64,000 bases of DNA from an uncultured Bacilli bacterium. GTDB lineage: Bacteria > Bacillota_I > Bacilli_A > RF39 > UBA660. The stretch spans positions 3,187-67,186 of the forward strand of contig CALVRJ010000002.1 in assembly GCA_944358545.1 (NCBI GenBank). The letters are read 5' to 3'. How positions within the stretch are numbered: the first letter of the stretch is position 1; each line of letters starts with the position of its first letter. Both the position numbers and the translations under genes were made by a program. Of this stretch, positions 29,795 through 39,683 are shown in pieces. The notes below the pieces were generated by a model that was not told where the DNA came from, did not search any database, and worked only from the letters and a program-made list of their open reading frames with translations.

Positions 29795-30631
29795 TTATAA
29801 TCCCATCATTTCTTTTATTATTCTATCTGCTAATTTAACAGTTCCAACAAGTACAAGCATATTAAAAATAAGTTCACCAACATAGCTCCATACTTGTGTA
29901 ATAGGACTAGCCGTCGTATCAACTACAGGTGGAGCAGAAGCAAATAGCGAAAAAATAATACATGCAAGAACAATAATTGCTCCTTCCAAACAAACACCAA
30001 CATAACTCTTCAAGAAGTTCTGCCCAATACTTTGTGTTGGTTCACCGGCAAAACAAGAAAGAGGAATAGGAGCAATAGCCGTATAAATATATATTTTAAA
30101 GAATCTTGCATATACAGTTAAAATCATAATAAAAGATAAAACTAAAATTACCAATCCGGCTATCAATGTAATTGCCCAAAGTGGTATAGATTCAAAGAAC
30201 CCCATATTTTCTATTGTAGATATAAGATCTTGTGGTAAACTGCTTTTACTTGAAAACAGAACGTCAGATGTACTCATAATTTTATCAATAACTCCTTGAA
30301 CAATATCAAATATAGCAAGCATTAATTTTAATCCGTAAGTCACTATTCCTTTAGATATTACAAATCTAATAAAAAGTCTAAACATGTGTTCTGGTCTTTT
30401 TACTTCTTCATAAGTATTACAAGTTTTTATAACTCCAACTAAAAAAAATAGAACTAATAAACCATAGCCTATTCCTTGCATAGCAGTATAAATATTATTG
30501 ATTACATCCCATATTCCGCCACCTTTAAAAGTTTGAGGCGACTCTGTAATTAACTTCCAAATAGTTGCAAGATTATCATTCCAGGTATCAAGAGCATTCT
30601 GAAGGTTTTGAACAATCCAGTTATCAGACAT
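29795..30631 (-). CDS. VirB6/TrbL-like polytopic conjugation membrane protein
   Basis: 278 aa, 5-6 TM helices, position in the T4SS operon. Confidence 0.5.
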   Translation of the reverse strand: MSDNWIVQNLQNALDTWNDNLATIWKLITESPQTFKGGGIWDVINNIYTAMQGIGYGLLVLFFLVGVIKTCNTYEEVKRPEHMFRLFIRFVISKGIVTYGLKLMLAIFDIVQGVIDKIMSTSDVLFSSKSSLPQDLISTIENMGFFESIPLWAITLIAGLVILVLSFIMILTVYARFFKIYIYTAIAPIPLSCFAGEPTQSIGQNFLKSYVGVCLEGAIIVLACIIFSLFASAPPVVDTTASPITQVWSYVGELIFNMLVLVGTVKLADRIIKEMMGL

Positions 30632-30642
30632 TTATTATTCTC

Positions 30643-30954
30643 CTACTTTAAAATAATATCTAAAATTGGTTGTATAAAAACCATTATAATTCCCCCACCA
30701 ACAGACAAAAAGCCATCAGTTCTTTGTGTCGCATCATGACTACGAATTGAAATTCCAATTTGCATAACACCAAAACCTGTAAAAATAACACCTATTGCCC
30801 TAACAAAACTAAATATAAAGTTTGTCAAATTATCTACAACAGTAATCGGATCATCTGCTGCAAACACAGAACCTCTCGTCCAAAACATCAATGAAATAGC
30901 AAACGTAATAAACTTATATAAACTTAAAAATTTATTTTTTCTCACTTTTCTCAC
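30643..30954 (-). CDS. Small T4SS membrane protein (TcpD/Orf19-like)
   Basis: 103 aa, signal anchor plus 2 TM helices. Confidence 0.4.
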   Translation of the reverse strand: MRKVRKNKFLSLYKFITFAISLMFWTRGSVFAADDPITVVDNLTNFIFSFVRAIGVIFTGFGVMQIGISIRSHDATQRTDGFLSVGGGIIMVFIQPILDIILK

Positions 30955-32758
30955 CTTCTTTATTTCTATTTATATAATCATCAATTTCTTCAGATGAAAT
31001 CACTGTATAATTTGATTCATTATCCATGCTAATACTTTCATTTTCTTCGCTATTATTTTCATCAAAACTTATAACTATCGAAGCAACTTCATTGTCAGTT
31101 TTTCCATGCACATATATACCACCTTCTCCATCAGCAGAAAATTTAATATTAGGGTGCTTTAAAATATTATATTTATTATCTTTAACTGGTCTTTCGCCTC
31201 TTATAAAAAGCAAAGCATAATTATTATCAAGCATTCTTACCTCATCAGGTGTCATAAGTTCTCTGCCACTTAATTGATAATTAGTAGAATAATTACCAGA
31301 CCTGCCAGATGTCTTTCCATGGGTATCTAAATCTATTGTTTCTTTTCCAAGAAGTTCACTAATATATTTATGTGTAGATTGCTCATTCCCACCTAAATAA
31401 AGTAACTCATCACAATTACCAACAATAGATTCCCATTGCTTTTCAAATAAAGCTTTTAATTGAGCTAAATTCTGTAATATGATTGAAACTGACACATTCC
31501 TACTTCTCATAGTAGACAATATTTTTTCAAAATCATCTGGTAAACTTACATTGGCAAATTCATCCATTACAAAGTGAACATGCATAGATAAACTTCCACC
31601 ATATTTATTATCTGCTAAGAAAAAAAGTTGTTGGAACAGCTGAGTATATAAAATACTTACTAAAAAATTAAAAGAAGTATCATTATCTGGAATTAAAGCA
31701 AATAAAGCAACTTTCTTTTCACCTAGTGAAGATAAATCTAATTCATCTACCATAGTTAAAGAAGCCATACTTTCAAGATTAAATTTTTCAAGTCTACTTG
31801 CCAACGTTATTTGTATCGACTTCAACGTTTTACCAGAACCTGAACGATAATTTTTATAATATTTAACAGCTATATGATTCGGATATTCTTCTTCTAATTT
31901 TTCAAACAAAATATCTAACGGACTTAAATACATATCATCATCCTCTTTTACTTCACCTGCTCTAAGCATTTCAAGAACCATGCTAAAGTTTTGTTCATCT
32001 TCTGGAGCTTCATATTTTAGATAAAAAATTAATGCAAGTAATAACATGCTCGCTGCAGTATCCCAAAATGGATCATTAGTAGAAGAAGCTTTTGGAGTTG
32101 TAGCTTTAAACAAATTGGTAACTAATTTTTGAACATCATTATCATCTCTAAGATATACAAAAGGATTATAACAATGACTTTTATCCATATTTATTAAATC
32201 TAAAACCTTTACCTCATAACCAAATTTTTCTAAAAGATTTCCTGTATCTCTCAAAAGCTCACCTTTAGGATCTAAAACAACATATGAACAATTACATTGC
32301 ATTATATTAGGTTTACAATAAAATCTAGTTTTCCCTGCACCACTTCCGCCAATAACTAAAGTATTCAAATTTCTACGATGTATTCTTCCATCTAATCCAA
32401 TACAAACATTATTTGTTAATATTTTGTTATTCAAATCAGAATTTTGCTTATATTTTTTATTTATACTTCTCGCATTACCCCACTTTGCCGAACCATATTC
32501 TACCTTTCTTCTATAGTTCTTCTTTGATGACAAAATAATTCCATAGACAATTACATATACACAAAGACATACTGCAATCGTTTTAAAAGTGCTTTCACAC
32601 AACACTATTTTAAATGGATTACTTAAAATGTTTGAAAAATTATTTACTATTCCTACTAATCCATGATTAGATATAGGTGCGATTAATAATGCAAACCATA
32701 AAACAAATACAAACCCAAACAAGAATAACAAAAGCTGTTCTTTATAACTATTGTTCAT
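30932..32758 (-). CDS. Type IV coupling protein (VirD4/TraG/TcpA-like)
   Basis: N-terminal 2 TM helices; Walker A GGSGAGKT; Walker B VMDEFAN. Confidence 0.8.
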   Translation of the reverse strand: MNNSYKEQLLLFLFGFVFVLWFALLIAPISNHGLVGIVNNFSNILSNPFKIVLCESTFKTIAVCLCVYVIVYGIILSSKKNYRRKVEYGSAKWGNARSINKKYKQNSDLNNKILTNNVCIGLDGRIHRRNLNTLVIGGSGAGKTRFYCKPNIMQCNCSYVVLDPKGELLRDTGNLLEKFGYEVKVLDLINMDKSHCYNPFVYLRDDNDVQKLVTNLFKATTPKASSTNDPFWDTAASMLLLALIFYLKYEAPEDEQNFSMVLEMLRAGEVKEDDDMYLSPLDILFEKLEEEYPNHIAVKYYKNYRSGSGKTLKSIQITLASRLEKFNLESMASLTMVDELDLSSLGEKKVALFALIPDNDTSFNFLVSILYTQLFQQLFFLADNKYGGSLSMHVHFVMDEFANVSLPDDFEKILSTMRSRNVSVSIILQNLAQLKALFEKQWESIVGNCDELLYLGGNEQSTHKYISELLGKETIDLDTHGKTSGRSGNYSTNYQLSGRELMTPDEVRMLDNNYALLFIRGERPVKDNKYNILKHPNIKFSADGEGGIYVHGKTDNEVASIVISFDENNSEENESISMDNESNYTVISSEEIDDYINRNKEGEKSEKK

Positions 32759-32763
32759 AACAA

Positions 32764-33549
32764 TTACCTAGAATATCCTCGGCTTCTATTAATAGTAACT
32801 CTTTGCAAATACTCATCAATGCCTTCATTAATTTTGTTTACAATATTTTTTATTTCAACTAAATCTTTTCGGGCTTCTATACTAGAATTATTTATAAATG
32901 TCTTTGGAAGTTCATCAAAAGAATATGAAGACACATCTAAATCATGAATTTTGCATAAAATATAAGCAATTGATGTAACTTTAAAATTATCCATTTCTTT
33001 ATCATAACTTGAAGTATATTCCAATCTTGCAAGTTCAAATGCTAATGATTTAAAAATCATATTATAGTCCATTCCCCTTCGAATATAAATAATATTCTTA
33101 TTATCACCAACTGTTTCATGACTAGCATTTAAATTAGAATCATCAAAGCCATCAACAGCTTTTATTTCCGCTAAATTATTATGCAAAAAAGCTTTTAATA
33201 GCGTTCTGTTATCATATTTTGTTTTTTTGTTTTTAGCATTTGTTTGGGAAATATCATACATTTCTTTAGAATGATAATCCATAATCTCTTTTTCACCATC
33301 AAAAACTGGTTCTAAAATATATATCGGTTTTGCCTTTTTTGATATCTTAATACTTTCTCTCTCCCAAGCTAAACTATCTTTTATAAGAGTTGCCTTAGGC
33401 ATTTGTGATGCTATTAAAATGGCATTTGCTGTAGAATACTTATAAAACTTTGCTTGAACATCTAAAAAATCTTTAAATGATATAGATTTGTTCTGCAAAT
33501 TTATTATTGCCTCATTTATTATTTTATATAATTCGTTATTATCTTTCAT
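32764..33549 (-). CDS. Hypothetical 261-aa ICE protein
   Basis: ORF within the transfer operon; no diagnostic motif recognized. Confidence 0.35.
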   Translation of the reverse strand: MKDNNELYKIINEAIINLQNKSISFKDFLDVQAKFYKYSTANAILIASQMPKATLIKDSLAWERESIKISKKAKPIYILEPVFDGEKEIMDYHSKEMYDISQTNAKNKKTKYDNRTLLKAFLHNNLAEIKAVDGFDDSNLNASHETVGDNKNIIYIRRGMDYNMIFKSLAFELARLEYTSSYDKEMDNFKVTSIAYILCKIHDLDVSSYSFDELPKTFINNSSIEARKDLVEIKNIVNKINEGIDEYLQRVTINRSRGYSR

Positions 33550-34315
33550 GGCTAGATTTCTCCTTATCTAATAAATTTTCTTCTTTTTTATTTACAAGTG
33601 ATTCTTTTATTTTCCTTAATTTTTTTCTAACAGACTCTTTCTTTTTAGTACCAATTTCTGAGCTTTTTTTGTTCTTCAAGGAAGGTTCGGACTGATTTTT
33701 TTTTACTTTGTTTTCAGACTTGTTTTTAGATTGATTGGAAAATAAATCTTTCATTATTTCCTCATCACTTTTATCTTTGTTTTTATTTTTTGAAGGCTTT
33801 GACAATATATCATCCACAATATCATCATCTTTAGTTCTAACATTTTTACCATGAGTTTTCTTATTATAATCTTTAGGACTATCGTTTTCATGCTCTACAG
33901 TTGTCTCTTTATAAGTTGAAAATTTATATCTATTTATTATGCGATTAATTCTTGCAGCGTCTTCGGCCCTTACCATAAAATCAATCATTCCATCTTTGTC
34001 TTGATGTTTTTTATCAATTAATAAAGCATATAATATTCCATATCTTTTAGCAACTTGTTGAAAAAATTTTAATTCTTCTTTTCTTACCGAAAACACTTTT
34101 AAAGGTCTACCTGACTTTAGTAATTTTTCAAGTTTAGTTTTTCCTTTAGTCTGTTTCTTCCCACGATAAATAGCATAAAGTAAAGCAGCAATATTTTTTG
34201 CTGCCACTCCTGTTAATCTCAAAGTAACTTCTGTTCCTTGCAAGCTCATTCTTACAACCGATTCAGCTGCCTCTCCTGAATTCATTTCTATCAACTTCCT
34301 TTCTATTTTCTTCAT
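33539..34315 (-). CDS. Hypothetical protein with ~120-aa Lys-rich low-complexity tail (relaxosome accessory candidate, PcfB/DUF3801-like?)
   Basis: N-terminal ~130 aa globular, then a K/N/S-rich tail; immediately downstream of the relaxase. Confidence 0.35.
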   Translation of the reverse strand: MKKIERKLIEMNSGEAAESVVRMSLQGTEVTLRLTGVAAKNIAALLYAIYRGKKQTKGKTKLEKLLKSGRPLKVFSVRKEELKFFQQVAKRYGILYALLIDKKHQDKDGMIDFMVRAEDAARINRIINRYKFSTYKETTVEHENDSPKDYNKKTHGKNVRTKDDDIVDDILSKPSKNKNKDKSDEEIMKDLFSNQSKNKSENKVKKNQSEPSLKNKKSSEIGTKKKESVRKKLRKIKESLVNKKEENLLDKEKSSHER

Positions 34316-35576
34316 CTTGTTTTTTTATATTATTTTCAATCATTGATTTTCTTTTTTCAATTTCGTAAAGTAGCTTAACCTCTCTACGTAAATCATTTAT
34401 TTCTTTACTTAATCGACTATTTTCAAGTTGATATGTTACCAAATCTTCTTTACTAGTAGTCTTCTTTATCTTATAATTTAACTTCTCTTTTCTATCTAAT
34501 AAAGTATCTAGTTGCTTTTCTTTCTTTGTTTTAAATTTAATAAAATCTACATCAGTAATTATATTATTATTTCCAAGTAATTCCGTTTGTTTCATTAGAT
34601 TATCAAACTCTTTTAAATCAGATCTAATTTCTGGAATTAATTTATAATTTAAATTCTTTTTAGGAAACACTTCAAGCAAATAACAATAATACATAAATAA
34701 TCCGTAAATTCCTTTATTTCTGTTTTTCATTTTAAAAAAGTTTTCTACAGGTGTTCTCCCTTTTTTAATAAAATTTTCTTCAATTCTTTTTATTATATTT
34801 GCTTTACTATACTCATTACCAAATGTTCTAGAAACCCTAACTTTAAACCCGTCTAGCTTTCTTCTTATACTAAATATCTTATTAATGATAGTAACTTCAT
34901 ATCCCATTGAATTTAATTTATTTAAAAAGTCTTTATACGAATAAGAATTTAAAATAGCCGCATCAAGATCATCTTTTATCATTTGATAATAATCAGAAGA
35001 ATTAACATATTTTTTATAAAAGTTTTCATACTTAAATCCTGCTTTACTCTTCTTTTCAGTAAGTATACTTAATCCATATTCTGCACATAAATCGTCCGAA
35101 AGTCTTCTTAATCTAGCATAATTAATATTGTTATCATAATATTTTTTTCCATCTTTAAAGGAAACTGAATTAATAACAAAATGGTTATGAATGTGTTTAG
35201 TATTTTGGTGAGTACTAATAACAACTTCAAATCTATCTCCCCACATTTCGTTAGCAAGTTGAACACCTATTTTATGAGCAAGTTCCGGAGTAACTTCACC
35301 TTCCGCAAAAGACTGATAAGCATGGAATCCTAAAATACCGCCTTCTTTTTTATATGACTTTTTAGTTAAAATCATTTCCTTATAAGCCGTCTCAACAGAA
35401 CAATTAAGTGCAGAAACATAACATTCCTTTTCTGATTTTAAATCTATAAGTTCCTTATCATGCAAATTAAAAAACTCTTCACCATAAGAAGAGTTTCTCG
35501 TTTTTTCAATATTAGTTGTATATTCTATAACATGATCTAATCTTTTGTTAATTTTCCATATTTTTGTAGTAGCCAT
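34263..35576 (-). CDS. Conjugative relaxase (MobA/VirD2 Relaxase domain, MOBP-like)
   Basis: Histidine triad HQNTKHIHNHFVIN (H.D/N..H.H.H); N-terminal Tyr region; C-terminal coiled-coil. Confidence 0.65.
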   Translation of the reverse strand: MATTKIWKINKRLDHVIEYTTNIEKTRNSSYGEEFFNLHDKELIDLKSEKECYVSALNCSVETAYKEMILTKKSYKKEGGILGFHAYQSFAEGEVTPELAHKIGVQLANEMWGDRFEVVISTHQNTKHIHNHFVINSVSFKDGKKYYDNNINYARLRRLSDDLCAEYGLSILTEKKSKAGFKYENFYKKYVNSSDYYQMIKDDLDAAILNSYSYKDFLNKLNSMGYEVTIINKIFSIRRKLDGFKVRVSRTFGNEYSKANIIKRIEENFIKKGRTPVENFFKMKNRNKGIYGLFMYYCYLLEVFPKKNLNYKLIPEIRSDLKEFDNLMKQTELLGNNNIITDVDFIKFKTKKEKQLDTLLDRKEKLNYKIKKTTSKEDLVTYQLENSRLSKEINDLRREVKLLYEIEKRKSMIENNIKKQDEENRKEVDRNEFRRGS

Positions 35577-35608
35577 ATATCACCACCCTAAATAACAAAA
35601 ATATAATA

Positions 35609-37078
35609 TTATTCATAAAAGAAAAAGTTTATTTCATCAGTACCAATAATGGAATCTATATTTTCTATTTCAGTTTCATTTATCAATACAGATTCATCAA
35701 TCTTAAAAGGAAGCCAAGAAGAATTCCATAATTCTTCTTTACAACCATAAACTTTTTTAGCTAATAAAGTAGAGTATTCTTTATCTCTGTTAAACTTTAA
35801 AGTTATACGCTGCAAACACATATTTATGTCATCTGTATTAGGTATTTCTTTAAATTTATTTCTAATACTTTCTATATAATAATCTATCTTATCAGTACAA
35901 AAGCTAAGTAACTTACTTAATATCCCTGAACAAGCCATATATGATTTAGGATTTCTAATTAATATATCGGTAGTTATACTGATTAATTGTTCCAAACATT
36001 CTGGTTCTTCTTCTAAATCTTTCAATTTTTTTTCATAGAAATTTACAAGCATTTTTTTTACAAAACTACTGTTTGGATTTTTCAAAGAAAACTGTCTTAT
36101 TTTTAATAACCAGTTTAAAATACTTTTATCTTCAACTATCAAAAACAAACTATTCAATTTATCTTGTTTAATAGAATTAGATATAACATCATCACAAACA
36201 AAAGTCTTTTTAGTATTAAATTTCATGTTTAATTCTGATAAAACTTCTGATAAAATTTTCAAAATCTTTTCTAAATCAGATTTACTATTTGAAAAAATTC
36301 TATAATCATCTCTAAATCGTATTATCTTATAATCATATATATCTTTTAATCTTTCAGATAATAACATATCTGCATATCCTAAAACTATTTCGGCAATAAA
36401 ATCCATTAATACACTTCCCTGAGGAATACCATTTGTTTGTCCATATGACATACATTGTATTCTCTCATCAATGATATTACCTATTATAGGGTCAAAGCGA
36501 TGGTCTTTCGCATATAATTTATCATGTATTGCCCACGAAATAGAATGAGTATATATAGAACTATAGCAATTTTCAATATCCGCATGAGCCATATATTTAT
36601 AATTCAAAGATAATTGTATACTTCGATTTTCAATGTTCTCTAACCAATTATCTATTATATTTGCAGTAGAACTTTTATCATTATCCGAATCAAAAGGAAT
36701 ACTATAACATTCAATATTACATAAATTTCTAAATTGTTTTAATCGTTCTGTTATAATTTTCCAATTATCAGGTTTTGTTATTTCATAAACTAAATCTATA
36801 TATAAAATTGGATGTATTATTTGCAGTTGTCGCCAAGTATATTTACCATCCTTGTTCGACATATAATTGTAATTAACATTCTCACATTTTTTAACTTGTT
36901 TTATTAAGTCTTTATCAAGTTTACATGAAAGATCATAAAAATATTTACATTCTGACATTTTTAATAAAGCACCAAAATCAAAATATTTTGGCAAATCAAT
37001 CGAACAATAATTAGAACCTTCTAGGAAAAAAAGCTTTGCTTGATTAGCCTCCATATCTATAACGCTTAATCTTTCCAT
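35609..37078 (-). CDS. Reverse transcriptase-like protein (Abi/unknown-group, putative defence RT) embedded in the mob operon
   Basis: RT palm motifs: A (MAHADIENCYSSI), B (GIPQGSVLMDFIAEIVL), C-like (IIRFRDDYRIF). No maturase/X or endonuclease domain and no canonical YADD. Confidence 0.6.
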   Translation of the reverse strand: MERLSVIDMEANQAKLFFLEGSNYCSIDLPKYFDFGALLKMSECKYFYDLSCKLDKDLIKQVKKCENVNYNYMSNKDGKYTWRQLQIIHPILYIDLVYEITKPDNWKIITERLKQFRNLCNIECYSIPFDSDNDKSSTANIIDNWLENIENRSIQLSLNYKYMAHADIENCYSSIYTHSISWAIHDKLYAKDHRFDPIIGNIIDERIQCMSYGQTNGIPQGSVLMDFIAEIVLGYADMLLSERLKDIYDYKIIRFRDDYRIFSNSKSDLEKILKILSEVLSELNMKFNTKKTFVCDDVISNSIKQDKLNSLFLIVEDKSILNWLLKIRQFSLKNPNSSFVKKMLVNFYEKKLKDLEEEPECLEQLISITTDILIRNPKSYMACSGILSKLLSFCTDKIDYYIESIRNKFKEIPNTDDINMCLQRITLKFNRDKEYSTLLAKKVYGCKEELWNSSWLPFKIDESVLINETEIENIDSIIGTDEINFFFYE

Positions 37079-37131
37079 ATTACCACCTCGACAAGTATTA
37101 TATCACTCATCATTTGTCTTTTCATTGTCTT

Positions 37132-37446
37132 TTATATTAAAAATTCTTTTTTTATATCTATAATAAATTTGTTCAACTTTTCTGTTTCTTTGTTATATGA
37201 ATCTCTATCTATATAATTTAAATGATTGGCTTTCTTTGCAATTTGATTTAAATTATTTCCTATATATCTAAGTTGTTTAATTGCCTCATAAAACCTATCA
37301 TCAGGTTTTTCTCTCGGCTGAAAATTCATTATTAAATTACGTAATAAAGTAGCCTCATTTAAACCGGTTTTTTTAGCTTGTTTTTTTAACTGTGTAGCTT
37401 CTTCTCTATTAAGCCATATTTGTTTTTTTATATTTCTTTTTCTCAT
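37132..37446 (-). CDS. mobC: MobC-family relaxosome accessory protein
   Basis: FYEAIKQLRYIGNNLNQIAKKANHLN is the MobC signature (L..IGNNLNQIA). Start placed at ATG 37446 (MRKRNIKK...). Confidence 0.6.
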   Translation of the reverse strand: MRKRNIKKQIWLNREEATQLKKQAKKTGLNEATLLRNLIMNFQPREKPDDRFYEAIKQLRYIGNNLNQIAKKANHLNYIDRDSYNKETEKLNKFIIDIKKEFLI

Positions 37447-37544
37447 TTTATTACATTTCCACCTTTCAAACTTAAATTTCCCACATATATAAACCATAAT
37501 TTTATTAGAATATTACGGGAGTAAATATTCAGTGCTTGCTAGGA

Positions 37545-37578
37545 CAAAAATTCAGACCTAAAAAAATCTGAATTTAAT
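37545..37578 (-). terminator. Hairpin AAATTCAGA(N11)TCTGAATTT plus T-run: terminator after the primase-like gene and/or oriT-associated inverted repeat upstream of mobC
   Basis: 9-bp stem read directly; T-run on the minus strand; ~90 nt upstream of mobC. Confidence 0.4.
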
Positions 37579-37598
37579 CCTTAAACACACTGAAAAAA

Positions 37599-38540
37599 TC
37601 ATCGGCTTTCTCTATCTATGTTCCTCTTTACATAACATAAAAAATCATTAAAATCTTTACAAATTACAGCTGGCTTATCAAACACTTCATATCCGCCTGA
37701 TAAAACATTGCTTATCGCTTTAGCTGATAACCTACCTACATCATCATTATCTAAATGTAAAATAATCCTTTTTATATTTGGATTATTTTTTAAATAATTA
37801 AGTAATGACGAAGGCAAATTACTATACCTAAGATTATTTGGAACATAAACTCCACCAAATGATAACAAGTTATATTTATGCCAGTCAATATTACTCATTT
37901 TTAATATAGTAGCATAAGATAACAAGTCAATTGCACTTTCAAACAAATGTAGATCTTTATTCTTCACGTCAGAACTAATTCTAAATGAATACTCTTTACA
38001 GCTTCCAGTTACTTCCTTAATAAATCTATGTTGTCCGGTGCCTCTGCACATTGCATATTTTGGCACTTTATTTTCATTATATCCAACAAAAACTACATTA
38101 TTATTAACATCTTGATAAATAAGACTATTATTTATACATTCATTAATAATTGAATCATCAATACCTCTTTTAGTTAAATACTTTATTGCTACATCGTTAT
38201 TTTTAGCTTTAACTGGTAACTTAAACATTGTTTTATTAACTTCTGGACACTTAGAAATATCTAGATTCTGAACCATATTAATTTTATCTAATATTATTTT
38301 CATAGAATCCATAAAACTATAACCTCTAACTTTAATTAAATAATCTAATGCGCTCTTTCCACCAATGCTTTTTGAAAACCAATACCACATACCATTAGAA
38401 ATCTTTAAACTATCATGAGTCTTTGTCGTATAGTTTCCTCTACAAACAACAATCAGTTCATCTGGCTCAAAGTTCTGCAAATATGTTAGTAAATCGATTT
38501 GTTTTACTTTTTGAATTGTATTTTTTGAATAATAAGGCAT
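37599..38540 (-). CDS. DUF3991 plus Toprim domain protein (putative conjugative primase)
   Basis: Toprim acidic motif IILHLDNDDVG; preceding ESAIDLLSY region typical of DUF3991 proteins of Firmicutes ICEs. Confidence 0.5.
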   Translation of the reverse strand: MPYYSKNTIQKVKQIDLLTYLQNFEPDELIVVCRGNYTTKTHDSLKISNGMWYWFSKSIGGKSALDYLIKVRGYSFMDSMKIILDKINMVQNLDISKCPEVNKTMFKLPVKAKNNDVAIKYLTKRGIDDSIINECINNSLIYQDVNNNVVFVGYNENKVPKYAMCRGTGQHRFIKEVTGSCKEYSFRISSDVKNKDLHLFESAIDLLSYATILKMSNIDWHKYNLLSFGGVYVPNNLRYSNLPSSLLNYLKNNPNIKRIILHLDNDDVGRLSAKAISNVLSGGYEVFDKPAVICKDFNDFLCYVKRNIDRESR

Positions 38541-38545
38541 AATTA

Positions 38546-38770
38546 TTATCTTTCCAATTCTTTCTTTTTGGCTTTTTCATTAAATAATGTTTCAATATAT
38601 TCCTTAATATTAATCTCTTTAATAGCTTCTGAATCAAGGACATATTCGCCACTATAATATTTTTCTTTCACAATGTTAATAGCATCCTTCAAAGACTTGG
38701 ATTTAACTTCAACAACATCTTGTAAAATTTCCTCTATTTCTATTTTGTATGTTTTCATTTTATCCTCCAA
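38546..38770 (-). CDS. Hypothetical 74-aa protein
   Basis: ORF only. Confidence 0.3.
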   Translation of the reverse strand: MEDKMKTYKIEIEEILQDVVEVKSKSLKDAINIVKEKYYSGEYVLDSEAIKEINIKEYIETLFNEKAKKKELER

Positions 38771-38820
38771 TCTAAAAAAGTGCTTTAATTATATACAATC
38801 AAAACACTTTATACATGTTT

Positions 38821-39117
38821 TCAAATTTTTTCATTTAAACCTTTAATAAATATTTCCTTAAGTTCAATATCGTATTTTCTTTGTTTCACATCTAATAACA
38901 ATATAAGATTATTCACCTCTTCCATTGTAAGTGAACATGCTTCTTTATCTTCTAATACTTTTCGTATACGTGGATAATTATTTAATATTAATTCTTCTTT
39001 TTTGCAATAATAATTATATTGTTTGTTTTTCCTTTTTAGTTCACATAATACATCAGAAAAAAACTCGGCAAAACATTTATTGATTGCATAATCTTTTATA
39101 AAACTTTTTTTCATCAC
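38821..39117 (-). CDS. Hypothetical 98-aa protein
   Basis: ORF only. Confidence 0.3.
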   Translation of the reverse strand: MMKKSFIKDYAINKCFAEFFSDVLCELKRKNKQYNYYCKKEELILNNYPRIRKVLEDKEACSLTMEEVNNLILLLDVKQRKYDIELKEIFIKGLNEKI

Positions 39118-39202
39118 ATTGCCCCACTTTCAATATTAATTTTATACAAAACAATTAAATATTTACAATGTGCAAATAAATAAGTCTACATTATTGACAA
39201 AA

Positions 39203-39538
39203 CTATCTTTCTTGTTCATTTTCTTTATATTTAGTAGATAAAAAAGTAACCTTCTCCGCAATTACTTCCATAACAATTCTATTATTTTCATCGTTATTGT
39301 AAGTTTGAAGACGACCTTTAATACCAACAAGATCACCTTTCTTACAATATTCAGCCGTATTAGTAGCAATTCCTTGCCACAATTTACAATTTACAAAGTC
39401 AGTTTCATACTCACCATCTTCATTTTTAAAAGACCTTGGCACTGCCAATGTTACATTTGTATACTTCTTTCCGCTTTCAGTTTCATAAACCTCTGGTTCA
39501 TTTGCTAAACGTCCTACTAAAACTACCTGATTTAACAT
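39203..39538 (-). CDS. ssb: Single-stranded DNA-binding protein (plasmid/ICE type, no acidic tail)
   Basis: OB-fold N-terminus MLNQVVLVGRLANEPE...; 111 aa. Confidence 0.75.
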   Translation of the reverse strand: MLNQVVLVGRLANEPEVYETESGKKYTNVTLAVPRSFKNEDGEYETDFVNCKLWQGIATNTAEYCKKGDLVGIKGRLQTYNNDENNRIVMEVIAEKVTFLSTKYKENEQER

Positions 39539-39683
39539 TTACATCACAACCTTTCCTTTTTTATTTAAAAGTGTTCAATCATTTTATTAGTTTTTAAATA
39601 GAAGCTTTTTTCAAAAACATTTTCCTATCTACGCATATAAAAGTAATAACTTCCTACCTAAGTTTTCATCTCCTTAAGAATTT

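Noticed and set aside
35609-37078. RT as a group II intron or retron
   Set aside because: No maturase (X) or HNH/En domain, no YADD motif, only 32-53 nt flanks (no room for intron RNA or msr/msd), and it sits in-operon with mob genes.
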